A stretch of DNA of 64,000 nucleotides from positions 18,786,001 to 18,850,000 of the forward strand of contig OZ024744.1 of NCBI GenBank assembly GCA_964016885.1, read 5' to 3'. Shown here piece by piece: positions 27,950 through 42,660 of the stretch. The notes beneath the pieces were generated by a model that did no database searches, was not told the DNA's origin, and saw nothing but the letters and a program-made list of their open reading frames with translations. This stretch comes from Eledone cirrhosa. Taxonomy: Eukaryota. The position numbers and the translations under genes are program-made. The stretch's first letter is position 1; each line of letters begins with the position of its first letter.

Positions 27950-30900
27950 GTCACTGTGTATGTCGCAGTGTGTTTCTGTATATATGTGTCTCTGTGTATG
28001 TCAATGTATCTTTGTGTATGTCAGTGTCACTGTGTGTTTCTGTATGTCTGTGTCACTGTGTATGTCACTGTATGTTTGTGTGTGTCTGTGTCACTGTGTA
28101 TGTCACTGTGTGTTTGTGTATGTCTGTGTCACAGTATGTTTCTGTATGTCTGTGTCACTGTGTATGTCACTGTTTGTTTCTGTATGTATGTGTCACTATG
28201 TATGTCACCGTATGTGTGTGTATGTCTGTGTCACGGTGTATGTCACTGTATATTTGTGTATGCCTGTGTCACTGTGTATGTCACTGTGTGTTTCTGTATG
28301 TCTGTGTCACAGTGTATGTCACTGTATCTTTGTGTGTGTCTGTGTCACTGTGTATGTCAATGTCTCTGTGTGTTTCTGTATGTCTGTGTCTCTGTGTATG
28401 TCACTGTATCTTAGTGTATGTATGTGTCACTGTGTATGTCACTGTGTGTTTCTGTATGTCTGTGTCACTGTGTATATCACTGTGTGTTTCTGTATATCTG
28501 TGTCTCTGTGTATGTCACTGTATCTTCGTGTATGTCTGGGTCACTGTGTATGTCACTGTATATTTGTGTATGTCTGTGTCACGGTGTATATCACTGTATG
28601 TTTGTGTATGTCTGTGTCACTGTGTATGTCACTGTATGTTTCTGTATGTCTGTGTCACTGTGTATATCAATGTGTGTTTCTGTATCTCTGTGTCACGGTG
28701 TATGTCACTGCATGTTTGTGTATGTCTGTGTGACTGTGTATGTCACTGTGTGTTTCTGTATGGCTGTGTCACTGTGTATGTCACTGTATATTTGTGTATG
28801 TCTGTGTCACTGTGTATGTCACAGTGTATTTCTGTATGTCTGTGTCACTGTCTATGTCACTGTATGTTTCTGAATGTCTGTGTCACTGTGTATGTCACTG
28901 TGTTTCTGTATGTCTGTGTCACGATGTATGTCACTGTATGTTTGTGTGTGACTGTGTCACTGTGTATGTCACTGTATGTTTGTGTATGTATGTGTCACTG
29001 TATGTTTCTGTCTGTCTGTGTCTCTCTGTATGTCACTGTGTGTTTCTGTATGTCTGTGTCACTGTGTATGTCATTGTATATTTGTGTATATCTGTGTCAC
29101 TGTGTATGTCACTGTATGTTTCTGTAAGTTTGTGTCACTGTGTATGTCACTGTGTGTTTCTGTATGTCTGTGTCTCTGTGTATGACACTGTATGTTTCTG
29201 TATGTCTGTTTCACTGTGTATGTCACTGTGTCTTTATGTATGTCTGTGTCACTCTGTATGTCACTGTATATTTCTGTATGTCTGTGTCACTGTGTATGTC
29301 ACTGTATGTTTCTGTATGTTTGTGTCACTGTGTATGTCACTGTATGTTTCTGTATGTCTGTTTCACTGTGTATGTCACTGTGTATTTGTGTATGTCTGTG
29401 TCACTGTGTGTTTCTGTATGTCTGTGTCACTGTGTATGTCACTGTATGTTTGTGTGTGTCTGTGTCACTGTGTATGTCGCTGTGTGTTTGTGTATGTCTG
29501 TGTCACTGTATGTTTCTGTATGTCTGTGTCACTGTGTATGTCACCGTATGTGTGTGTATGTCTGTGTCACGGTGTATGTCACTGTGTGTTTCTGTATGTC
29601 TGTGTCACTGTGTATGTCACTGTATGTTTGTGTGTGTCTGCGTCACTGTGTATGTCAATGTCTCTGTGTGTTTCTGTTTGTCTGTGTCTCTGTGTATGTC
29701 ACTGTATCTTTGTGTATGTAAGTGTCACTGTGTATGTCACTGTGTGTTTCTGTATGTCTGTGTCACTGTGTATATCACTGTGTGTTTCTGTATATCTGTG
29801 TCTCTGTGTATGTCACTGTATCTTTGTGTATGTCTGGGTCACTGTGTATGTCACTGTATATTTGTGTATGTCTGTGTTACGGTGTATATCACTGTATGTT
29901 TGTGTATGTCTGTGTCACTCTGTATGTCACTGTATATTTCTGTATGTCTGTGTCACTGTGTATATCACTGTATGTTTCTGTATGTCTGTGTCACTGTGTA
30001 TGTCACTGTGTGTTTCTGTATGGCTGTGTCACTGTGTATGTCACTGTATCTTTGTGTATGTCTGTGTCACTGTGTATGTCGCAGTGTGTTTCTGTATATA
30101 TGTGTCTCTGTGTATGTCAATGCATCTTTGTGTATGTCAGTGTCACTGTGTGTTTCTGTATGTCTGTGTCACTGTGTATGTCACTGTATGTTTGTGTGTG
30201 TCTGTGTCACTGTGTATGTCACTGTGTGTTTGTGTATGTCTGTGTCACAGTATGTTTCTGTATGTCTGTGTCACTGTGTATGTCACTGTTTGTTTCTGTA
30301 TGTATGTGTCACTGTGTATGTCACCGTATGTGTGTGTATGTCTGTGTCACGGTGTATGCCACTGTATATTTGTGTATGCCTGTGTCACTGTGTATGTCAC
30401 TGTGTGTTTTTGTATGTCTGTGTCACAGTGTATGTCACTGTATCTTTGTGTGTGTCTGTGTCACTGTGTATGTCAATGTCTCTGTGTGTTTCTGTATGTC
30501 TGTGTCTCTGTGTATGTCACTGTATCTTAGTGTATGTATGTGTCACTGTGTATGTCACTGTGTGTTTCTGTATGTCTGTGTCACTGTGTATATCACTGTG
30601 TGTTTCTGTATATCTGTGTCTCTGTGTATGTCACTGTATCTTCGTGTATGTCTGGGTCACTGTGTATGTCACTGTATATTTGTGTATGTCTGTGTCACGG
30701 TGTATATCACTGTATGTTTGTGTATGTCTGTGTCACTGTGTATGTCACTGTATGTTTCTGTATGTCTGTGTCACTGTGTATATCAATGTGTGTTTCTGTA
30801 TCTCTGTGTCACGGTGTATGTCACTGCATGTTTGTGTATGTCTGTGTGACTGTGTATGTCACTGTGTGTTTCTGTATGGCTGTGTCACTGTGTATGTCAC

Positions 30901-33900
30901 TGTATCTTTGTGTATGTCTGTGTCACTGTGTATGTCACAGTGTATTTCTGTATGTCTGTGTCACTGTCTATGTCACTGTATGTTTCTGAATGTCTGTGTC
31001 ACTGTGTATGTCACTGTGTTTCTGTATGTCTGTGTCACGATGTATGTCACTGTATGTTTGTGTGTGACTGTGTCACTGTGTATGTCACTGTATGTTTGTG
31101 TATGTATGTGTCACTGTATGTTTCTGTATGTCTGTGTCTCTCTGTATGTCACTGTGTGTTTCTGTATGTCTGTGTCACTGTGTATGTCATTGTATATTTG
31201 TGTATGTATGTGTCACTGTGTATGTCACTGTATGTTTCTGTAAGTTTGTGTCACTGTGTATGTCACTGTGTGTTTCTGTATGTCTGTGTCTCTGTGTATG
31301 ACACTGTATGTTTCTGTATGTCTGTTTCACTGTGTATGTCACTGTGTCTTTATGTATGTCTGTGTCACTCTGTATGTCACTGTATATTTCTGTATGTCTG
31401 TGTCACTGTGTATGTCACTGTATGTTTCTGTATGTTTGTGTCACTGTGTATGTCACTGTATGTTTCTGTATGTCTGTTTCACTGTGTATGTCACTGTGTA
31501 TTTGTGTATGTCTGTGTCACTGTGTGTTTCTGTATGTCTGTGTCACTGTGTATGTCACTGTTTGTTTCTGTATGTATGTGTCACTGTGTATGTCACCGTA
31601 TGTGTGTGTATGTCTGTGTCACGGTGTATGTCACTGTATATTTGTGTATGCCTGTGTCACTGTGTATGTCACTGTGTGTTTTTGTATGTCTGTGTCACAG
31701 TGTATGTCACTGTATCTTTGTGTGTGTCTGTGTCACTGTGTATGTCAATGTCTCTGTGTGTTTCTGTATGTCTGTGTCTCTGTGTATGTCACTGTATCTT
31801 AGTGTATGTATGTGTCACTGTGTATGTCACTGTGTGTTTCTGTATGTCTGTGTCACTGTGTATATCACTGTGTGTTTCTGTATATCTGTGTCTCTGTGTA
31901 TGTCACTGTATCTTCGTGTATGTCTGGGTCACTGTGTATGTCACTGTATATTTGTGTATGTCTGTGTCACGGTGTATATCACTGTATGTTTGTGTATGTC
32001 TGTGTCACTGTGTATGTCACTGTATGTTTCTGTATGTCTGTGTCACTGTGTATATCAATGTGTGTTTCTGTATCTCTGTGTCACGGTGTATGTCACTGCA
32101 TGTTTGTGTAAGTCTGTGTGACTGTGTATGTCACTGTGTGTTTCTGTATGGCTGTGTCACTGTGTATGTCACTGTATCTTTGTGTATGTCTGTGTCACTG
32201 TGTATGTCACAGTGTATTTCTGTATGTCTGTGTCACTGTCTATGTCACTGTATGTTTCTGAATGTCTGTGTCACTGTGTATGTCACTGTGTTTCTGTATG
32301 TCTGTGTCACGATGTATGTCACTGTATGTTTGTGTGTGACTGTGTCACTGTGTATGTCACTGTATGTTTGTGTATGTATGTGTCACTGTGTATGTCACTG
32401 TATGTTTCTGTAAGTTTGTGTCACTGTGTATGTCACTGTGTGTTTCTGTATGTCTGTGTCTCTGTGTATGACACTGTATGTTTCTGTATGTCTGTTTCAC
32501 TGTGTATGTCACTGTGTCTTTATGTATGTCTGTGTCACTCTGTATGTCACTGTATATTTCTGTATGTCTGTGTCACTGTGTATGTCACTGTATGTTTCTG
32601 TATGTTTGTGTCACTGTGTATGTCACTGTATGTTTCTGTATGTCTGTTTCACTGTGTATGTCACTGTGTATTTGTGTATGTCTGTGTCACTGTGTGTTTC
32701 TGTATGTCTGTGTCACTGTGTATGTCACTGTATGTTTGTGTGTGTCTGTGTCACTGTGTATGTCACTGTGTGTTTATGTATGTCTGTGTCACTGTATGTT
32801 TCTGTATGTCTGTGTCACTGTGTATGTCACCGTATGTGTGTGTATGTCTGTGTCACGGTGTATGTCACTGTGTGTTTCTGTATGTCTGTGTCACTGTGTA
32901 TGTCACTGTATGTTTGTGTGTGTCTGCGTCACTGTGTATGTCAATGTCTCTGTGTGTTTCTGTTTGTCTGTGTCTCTGTGTATGTCACTGTATCTTTGTG
33001 TATGTAAGTGTCACTGTGTATGTCACTGTGTGTTTCTGTATGTCTGTGTCACTGTGTATATCACTGTGTGTTTCTGTATATCTGTGTCTCTGTGTATGTC
33101 ACTGTATCTTTGTGTATGTCTGGGTCAATGTGTATGTCACTGTATATTTGTGTATGTCTGTGTTACGGTGTATATCACTGTATGTTTGTGTATGTCTGTG
33201 TCACTCTGTATGTCACTGTATATTTCTGTATGTCTGTGTCACTGTGTATATCACTGTATGTTTCTGTATGTCTGTGTCACTGTGTATGTCACTGTGTGTT
33301 TCTGTATGGCTGTGTCACTGTGTATGTCACTGTATCTTTGTGTATGTCTGTGTCACTGTGTATGTCGCAGTGTGTTTCTGTATATATGTGTCTCTGTGTA
33401 TGTCAATGTATCTTTGTGTATGTCAGTGTCACTGTGTGTTTCTGTATGTCTGTGTCACTGTGTATGTCACTGTATCTTTGTGTGTGTCTGTGTCACTGTG
33501 TATGTCACTGTGTGTTTGTGTATGTCTGTGTCACAGTATGTTTCTGTATGTCTGTGTCACTGTGTATGTCACTGTTTGTTTCTGTATGTATGTGTCACTG
33601 TGTATGTCACCGTATGTGTGTGTATGTCTGTGTCACGGTGTATGTCACTGTATATTTGTGTATGCCTGTGTCACTGTGTATGTCACTGTGTGTTTTTGTA
33701 TGTCTGTGTCACAGTGTATGTCACTGTATCTTTGTGTGTGTCTGTGTCACTGTGTATGTCAATGTCTCTGTCTGTTTCTGTATGTCTGTGTCTCTGTGTA
33801 TGTCACTGTATCTTAGTGTATGTATGTGTCACTGTGTATGTCACTGTGTGTTTCTGTATGTCTGTGTCACTGTGTATATCACTGTGTGTTTCTGTATATC

Positions 33901-35470
33901 TGTGTCTCTGTGTATGTCACTGTATCTTCGTGTATGTCTGGGTCACTGTGTATGTCACTGTATGTTTGTGTATGTCTGTGTCACGGTGTATGTCACTGTA
34001 TGTTTGTGTATGTCTGTGTCACTGTGTATGTCACTGTATGTTTCTGTATGTCTGTGTCGCTGTGTATATCAATGTGTGTTTCTGTATCTCTGTGTCACGG
34101 TGTATGTCACTGCATGTTTGTGTATGTCTGTGTGACTGTGTATGTCACTGTGTGTTTCTGTATGGCTGTGTCACTGTGTATGTCACTGTATCTTTGTGTA
34201 TGTCTGTGTCACTGTGTATGTCACAGTGTATTTCTGTATGTCTGTGTCACTGTCTATGTCACTGTATGTTTCTGAATGTCTGTGTCACTGTGTATGTCAC
34301 TGTGTTTCTGTATGTCTGTGTCACGATGTATGTCACTGTATGTTTGTGTGTGACTGTGTCACTGTGTATGTCACTGTATGTTTGTGTATGTATGTGTCAC
34401 TGTATGTTTCTGTATGTCTGTGTCTCTCTGTATGTCACTGTGTGTTTCTGTATGTCTGTGTCACTGTGTATGACATTGTATATTTGTGTATGTCTGTGTC
34501 ACTGTGTATGTCACTGTATGTTTCTGTAAGTTTGTGTCACTGTGTATGTCACTGTGTGTTTCTGTATGTCTGTGTCTCTGTGTATATCACTGTATGTTTC
34601 TGTATGTCTGTTTCACTGTGTATGTCACTGTGTCTTTATGTATGTCTGTGTCACTCTGTATGTCACTGTATATTTCTGTATGTCTGTGTCACTGTGTATG
34701 TCACTGTATGTTTCTGTATGTTTGTGTCACTGTGTATGTCACTGTATGTTTCTGTATGTCTGTTTCACTGTGTATGTCACTGTGTATTTGTGTATGTCTG
34801 TGTCACTGTGTGTTTCTGTATGTCTGTGTCACTGTGTATGTCACTGTATGTTTGTGTGTGTCTGTGTCACTGTGTATGTCACTGTGTGTTTGTGTATGTC
34901 TGTGTCACTGTATGTTTCTGTATGTCTGTGTCACTGTGTATGTCACCGTATGTGTGTGTATGTCTGTGTCACGGTGTATGTCACTGTGTGTTTCTGTATG
35001 TCTGTGTCACTGTGTATGTCACTGTATGTTTGTGTGTGTATGCGTCACTGTGTATGTCAATGTCTCTGTGTGTTTCTGTTTGTCTGTGTCTCTGTGTATG
35101 TCACTGTATCTTTGTGTATGTAAGTGTCACTGTGTATGACACTGTGTGTTTCTGTATGTCTGTGTCACTGTGTATATCACTGTGTGTTTCTGTATATCTG
35201 TGTCTCTGTGTATGTCACTGTATATTTGTGTATGTCTGGGTCACTGTGTATGTCACTGTATATTTGTGTATGTCTGTGTTACGGTGTATATCACTGTATG
35301 TTTGTGTATGTCTGTGTCACTCTGTATGTCACTGTATATTTCTGTATGTCTGTGTCACTGTGTATATCACTGTATGTTTCTGTATGTCTGTGTCACTGTG
35401 TATGTCACTGTGTGTTTCTGTATGGCTGTGTCACTGTGTATGTCACTGTATCTTTGTGTATGTCTGTGTC
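27950..35470 (+). repeat. Higher-order repeat domain, 2116-bp unit with truncated derivatives (periods 2116, 1272, 2014)
   Basis: The marker tatcttagtg has its ttag at 28411, 30527, 31799 and 33813. ORF pairs 28418/30534, 28740/30856 and 32426/34542 are offset by 2116, and 29192/32478 by 3286. Confidence 0.88.
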
Positions 35471-38400
35471 ACTGTGTATGTCACAGTGTGTTTCTGTATG
35501 TCTGTGTCACTGTCTATGTCACTGTATGTTTCTGAATGTCTGTGTCACTGTGTATATCACTGTGTTTGTGTATGTCTGTGTCACTGTATGTTTCTGTATG
35601 TCTGTGTCACTGTGTATGTCACTGTGTGTTTCTGTATGTCTGTGTCACTGTGTATGACATTGTATCTTTGTGTATGTCTGTGTCACTGTGTATGTCACTG
35701 TATGTTTCTGTATGTTTGTGTCACTGTGTATGTCACTGTGTATTTCTGTAGGTCTGTGTCTCTGTGTATGTCACTGTATGTTTCTGTATGTCTGTTTCAC
35801 TGTGTATGTCACTGTGTCTTTATGTATGTCTGTGTCACTCTGTATGTCACTGTATATCTCTGTATGTCTGTGTCACTGTTTATGTCACTGTATGTTTCTG
35901 TATGTCTGTGTCACTGTGTATGTCACTGTATCTTTGTGTATGTCTGTGTCCCTGTGTATGTCACTGTATGTTTCTGTATGTTTGTGTCACTGGGTATGTC
36001 ACTGTGTGTTTCTGTATGTCTGTGTCACTGTGTATGTCACTGTGTGTTACTGTATGTTTGTGTCACTGTGTATGTCACTAAATGTTTGTGTGTGTCTGTG
36101 TCTCTGTGTATGTCACTGTTTGTTTGCGTGTGTCTGTGTCACTGTGTATGTCACTGTGTGTTTCTGTATGTCTGTGTGACTGTGTATGTCACTGTGTGTG
36201 TGTGTATGTCTGTGTCACTGTATGTTTCTGTATGTCTGTGTCACTGTGTGTTTCTGTATGTATGTGTCACCGTGTATGTCACTGTATCTTTGTTTATGCC
36301 TGTGTCACTGTGTATGTCACTGTGTGTTTCTGTATGGTTGTGTCACTGTGTATGTCACTAAATGTTTGTGTGTGTCTGTGTCTCTGTGTATGTCACTGTG
36401 TGTTTGCGTGTGTCTGTGTCACTGTATATGTCACTGTGTGTTTCTGTATGTCTGTGTGACTGTGTATGTCACTGTTTGTTTGTGTATGTCTGTGTCACTG
36501 TGTGTTTCTGTATGTCTGTGTCACTGTGTATGTCATTGCATCTTTGTGTATGTCTGTCTCACTCTGTATGTCACTGTGTGTTTCTGCATGTCTGTATCAC
36601 TGTGTATGTCACTGTGTGTTTCTGTATGTCTGTGTCACTGTGTATGTCACTGTATGTTTCTGTATGTCTGTTTCACTGTGTATGTCACTGTATATTTGTG
36701 TATGTCTGTGTCACTCTGTATGTCACTGTGTGTTTCTGTATGTCTATGTCACTATGTATGCCACTGTATATTTGTGTTGTCTGTGTCATTGTGTATGTCA
36801 CTGGGTGTTTCTGTATGTCTGTGTCACTGTGTATGACACTGTGTCTTTCTGTATGTATGTATCACTGTGTATGTCACTGTGTGTATCTGTATGTCTGTGT
36901 CACTGTGTAAGTCATTGTATCTTTGTGTATGTCTGTGGCACTCTGTATGTCGTTGTGTTTTTCTGTATGTATGTGTCTCTGTGTATGTCACTGTATATTT
37001 GTGTATGTATGTGTCATTGTGTATGTCACTGTGAGTTTCTCTACGTCTGTGTCACTGTGTATGTCACTGTATGTCTCTGTATGTCTGTGTCACTGTCTAT
37101 GTCACTGTATCTTTGTGTATGTCTGTGTCACTGTGTATGTCACTGTGTGTTTATGTATTTCTGTGTCTCTGTGTATGCCACTGTATCTTTGTGTATGTCT
37201 GCGTCACTGTGTATGTCACTGTGTGTTTCTGTATGTCTGTGTCACTGTGTATGTCGCAGTGTGTTTCTGTATATATGTGTCTTTGTGTATGTCAATGTAT
37301 CTTTGTGTATGTCTGTGTCACTGTGTGTTTCTGTATATCTGTGTCACTGTGTATGTCACTGTATGTTTGTGTGTGTCTGTGTCACTGTGTATGTCACTGT
37401 GTGTTTGTGTATGTCTGTGTCACAGTATGTTTCTGTATGTCTGTGTCACTGTGTATGTCACTGTTTGTTTCTGTATGTATGTGTCACTGTGTATGTCACC
37501 GTATGTGTGTGTATGTCTGTGTCACGGTGTATATCACTGTATCTTTGTGTATGCCTGTGTCACTGTGTATGTCTCTGTGTGTTTCTGTATGTCTTTGTCT
37601 CTGTGTATGTCACTGTATGTTTGTGTGTGTCTGTGTCACTGTGTATGTCACTGTGTGTTTCTGTATGTCTGTGTCACTGTGTATATCACTGTGTGTTTCT
37701 GTATATCTGTGTCTCTGTGTATGTCACTGTATCTTCGTGTATGTCTGGGTCACTGTGTATGTCACTGTATATTTGTGTATGTCTGTGTCACTGTGTATGT
37801 CACTGTATGTTTGTGTATGTCTGTGTGACTGTGTATGTCACTGTGTGTTTCTGTATGGCTGTGTCACTGTGTATGTCACTGTATCTTTGTGTATGTCTGT
37901 GTCACTGTGTATGTCACAGTGTGTTTCTGTATGTCTGTGTCACTGTCTATGTCACTGTATGTTTTTGAATGTATGTGTCACTGTGTATGTCACTGTGTTT
38001 CTGTATGTCTGTGTCACGATGTATGTCACTGTATGTTTGTGTGTGACTGTGTCACTGTGTATGTCACTGTATGTTTGTGTATGTCTGTGTCACTGTATGT
38101 TTCTGTATGTCTGTGTCACTGTGTATGTCACTGTGTGTTTCTGTATGTCTGTGTCACTGTGTATGTCATTGTATATTTGTGTATGTCTGTGTCACTGTGT
38201 ATGTCACTGTATGTTTCTGTAAGTTTGTGTCACTGTGTATGTCACTCTGTGTTTCTGTATGTCTGTGTCACTCTGTATGTCACTGTATATTTCTGTATGT
38301 CTGTGTCACTGTGTATGTCACTGTATGTTTCTGTATGTTTGTGTCACTGTGTATGTCACTGTATGTTTCTGTATGTCTGTTTCACTGTGTATGTCACTGT

Positions 38401-41400
38401 GTCTTTGTGTATGTCTGTGTCACTGTGTATGTCACTGTATGTTTGTGTGTGTCTGTGTCACTGTGTATGTCACTGTGTGTTTGTGTATGTCTGTGTCACT
38501 GTATGTTTCTGTATGTCTGTGTCACTGTGTATGTCACTGTGTCTTTTTGTATGTCTGTGTCACGGTGTATGTCACTGTGTGTTTCTGTATGTCTGTGTCA
38601 CTGTGTATGTCACTGTATGTTTGTGTGTGTCTGTGTCACTGTGTATGTCAATGTATCTGTGTGTTTCTGTATGTCTGTGTCTCTGTGTATGTCACTGTAT
38701 CTTTGTGTATGTATGTGTCACTGTGTATGGCATTGTGTGTTTCTGTATGTCTGTGTCACTGTGTATATCACTGTGTGTTTCTGTATATCTGTGTCTCTGT
38801 GTATGTCACTGTTTGTTTGCGTGTGTCTGTGTCACTGTTTATGTCACTGTGTGTTTCTGTATGTCTGTGTCACTGTGTATGTCACTGTATGTTTGTGTAT
38901 GTCTGTGTCACTGTATGTTTCTGTATGTCTGTGTCACTGTGTATGTCACTGTGTCTTTATGTATGTATGTGTCACTCTGTATGTCACTGTATATTTCTGT
39001 ATGTCTGTGTCACTGTGTATGTCACTGTATGTTTCTGTATGTTTGTGTCACTGTGTATGTCACTGTATGTTTCTGTATGTCTGTTTCACTGTGTATGTCA
39101 CTGTGTCTTTGTGTATGTCTGTGTCACTGTGTGTTTCTGTATGTCTGTGTCACTGTGTATGTCACTGTATGTTTGTGTGTGTCTGTGTCACTGTGTATGT
39201 CACTGTGTGTTTGTGTATGTCTGTGTCACTGTATGTTTCTGTATGTCTGTGTCACTGTGTATGTCACCGTATGTGTGTGTATGTCTGTGTCACGGTGTAT
39301 GTCACTGTGTGTTTCTGTATGTCTGTGTCACTGTGTATGTCACTGTATGTTTGTGTGTGTCTGCGTCACTGTGTATGTCAATGTCTCTGTGTGTTTCTGT
39401 TTGTCTGTGTCTCTGTGTATGTCACTGTATCTTTGTGTATGTAAGTGTCACTGTGTATGTCACTGTGTGTTTCTGTTTGTCTGTGTCACTGTGTATATCA
39501 CTGTGTGTTTCTGTATATCTGTGTCTCTGTGTATGTCACTGTATCTTTGTGTATGTCTGGGTCACTGTGTATGTCACTGTATATTTGTGTATGTCTGTGT
39601 TACGGTGTATATCACTGTATGTTTGTGTATGTCTGTGTCACTCTGTATGTCACTGTATATTTCTGTATGTCTGTGTCACTGTGTATATCACTGTATGTTT
39701 CTGTATGTCTGTGTCACTGTGTATGTCACTGTGTGTTTCTGTATGGCTGTGTCACTGTGTATGTCACTGTATCTTTGTGTATGTCTGTGTCACTGTGTAT
39801 GTCACAGTGTGTTTCTGTATGTCTGTGTCACTGTCTATGTTACTGTATGTTTCTGAATGTCTGTGTCACTGTGTATATCACTGTGTTTGTGTATGTCTGT
39901 GTCACTGTGTGTTTCTGTATGTCTGTGTCACTGTGTATGTCACTGTGTGTTTCTGTATGTCTGTGTCACTGTGTATGACATTGTATCTTTGTGTATGTCT
40001 GTGTCACTGTGTATGTCACTGTATGTTTCTGTATGTTTGTGTCACTGTGTATGTCACTGTGTGTTTCTGTAGGTCTGTGTCTCTGTGTATGTCACTGTAT
40101 GTTTCTGTATGTCTGTTTCACTGTGTATGTCACTGTGTCTTTATGTATGTCTGTGTCACTCTGTATGTCACTGTATATTTCTGTATGTCTGTGTCACTGT
40201 GTATGTCACTGTATGTTTCTGTATGTCTGTGTCACTGTGTATGTCACTGTATGTTTATGTATGTCTGTGTCACTGTGTATGTCACTGTATCTTTGTGTAT
40301 GTCTGTGTCCCTGTGTATGTCACTGTATGTTTCTGTATGTTTGTGTCACTGGGTATGCCACTGTGTGTTTCTGTATGTCTGTGTCACTGTGTATGTCACT
40401 GTGTGTTACTGTATGTTTGTGTCACTGTGTATGTCACTAAATGTTTGTGTGTGTCTGTGTCTCTGTGTATGTCACTGTTTGTTTGCGTGTGTCTGTGTCA
40501 CTGTGTATGTCACTGTGTGTTTCTGTATGTCTGTGTGACTGTGTATGTCACTGTGTGTGTGTGTATGTCTGTGTCACTGTATGTTTCTGTATGTCTGTGT
40601 CACTGTGTATGTCACTGTGTGTTTCTGTATGTATGTGTCACCGTGTATGTCACTGTATCTTTGTGTATGCCTGTGTCACTGTGTATGTCACTGTGTGTTT
40701 CTGTATGGTTGTGTCACTGTGTATGTCACTAAATGTTTGTGTGTGTCTGTGTCTCTGTGTATGTCACTGTGTGTTTGCGTGTGTCTGTGTCACTGTGTAT
40801 GTCACTGTGTGTTTCTGTATGTCTGTGTGACTGTGTATGTCACTGTTTGTTTGTGTATGTCTGTGTCACTGTGTGTGTTTCTGTATGTCTGTGTCACTGT
40901 GTATGTCATTGCATCTTTGTGTATGTCTGTCTCACTCTGTATGTCACTGTGTGTTTCTGCATGTCTGTGTCACTGTGTATGTCACTGTGTGTTTCTGTAT
41001 GTCTGTGTCACTGTGTATGTCACTGTATGTTTCTGTATGTCTGTTTCACTGTGTATGTCACTGTATATTTGTGTATGTCTGTGTCACTCTGTATGTCACT
41101 GTGTGTTTCTGTATGTCTATGTCACTATGTATGCCACTGTATATTTGTGTTGTCTGTGTCATTGTGTATGTCACTGGGTGTTTCTGTATGTCTGTGTCAC
41201 TGTGTATGACACTGTGTCTTTCTGTATGTATGTATCACTGTGTATGTCACTGTGTGTATCTGTATGTCTGTGTCACTGTGTAAGTCATTGTATCTTTGTG
41301 TATGTCTGTGGCACTCTGTATGTCGTTGTGTGTTTCTGTATGTATGTGTCTCTGTGTATGTCACTGTATATTTGTGTATGTATGTGTCATTGTGTATGTC

Positions 41401-42660
41401 ACTGTGAGTTTCTCTACGTCTGTGTCACTGTGTATGTCACTGTATGTCTCTGTATGTCTGTGTCACTGTCTATGTCACTGTATCTTTGTGTATGTCTGTG
41501 TCACTGTGTATGTCACTGTGTGTTTATGTATTTCTGTGTCTCTGTGTATGCCACTGTATCTTTGTGTATGTCTGCGTCACTGTGTATGTCACTGTGTGTT
41601 TCTGTATGTCTGTGTCACTGTGTATGTCGCAGTGTGTTTCTGTATATATGTGTCTCTGTGTATGTCAATGTATCTTTGTGTATGTCTGTGTCACTGTGTG
41701 TTTCTGTATGTCTGTGTCACTGTGTATGTCACTGTATGTTTGTGTGTGTCTGTGTCACTGTGTGTTTGTGTATGTCTGTGTCACAGTATGTTTCTGTATG
41801 TCTGTGTCACTGTGTATGTCACTGTTTGTTTCTGTATGTATGTGTCACTGTGTATGTCACCGTATGTGTGTGTATGTCTGTGTCACGGTGTATATCACTG
41901 TATCTTTGTGTATGCCTGTGTCACTGTGTATGTCACTGTATGTTTGTGTGTGTCTGTGTCACAGTGTATGTCAATGTCTCTGTGTGTTTCTGTATGTCTT
42001 TGTCTCTGTGTATGTCACTGTATCTTTGTGTATGTATGTGTCACTGTGTATGTCACTGTGTGTTTCTGTATGTCTGTGTCACTGTGTATATCACTGTGTG
42101 TTTCTGTATATCTGTGTCTCTGTGTATGTCACTGTATCTTCGTGTATGTCTGGGTCACTGTGTATGTCACTGTATATTTGTGTATGTCTGTGTCACTGTG
42201 TATGTCACTGTATGTTTGTGTATGTCTGTGTGACTGTGTATGTCACTGTGTGTTTCTGTATGGCTCTGTCACTGTGTATGTCACTGTATCTTTGTGTATG
42301 TCTGTGTCACTGTGTATGTCACAGTGTGTTTCTGTATGCCTGTGTCACTGTCTATGTCACTGTATGTTTCTGAATGTATGTGTCACTGTGTATGTCACTG
42401 TGTTTCTGTATGTCTGTGTCACGATGTATGTCACTGTATGTTTGTGTGTGACTGTGTCACTGTGTATGTCACTGTATGTTTGTGTATGTCTGTGTCACTG
42501 TATGTTTCTGTATGTCTGTGTCACTGTGTATGTCACTGTGTGTTTCTGTATGTCTGTGTCACTGTGTATGTCATTGTATATTTGTGTATGTCTGTGTCAC
42601 TGTGTATGTCACTGTATGTTTCTGTAAGTTTGTGTCACTGTGTATGTCACTCTGTGTTTC
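34600..42660 (+). repeat. Tandem duplication, about 4.3-4.4-kb period
   Basis: ORF pairs 35124/39445 and 35536/39857 (4321), 36082/40441 (4359), 36362/40733 (4371), 36923/41296 (4373), 37835/42240 (4405). The marker ctgtaggtc has its aggt at 35750 and 40071. Confidence 0.85.
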
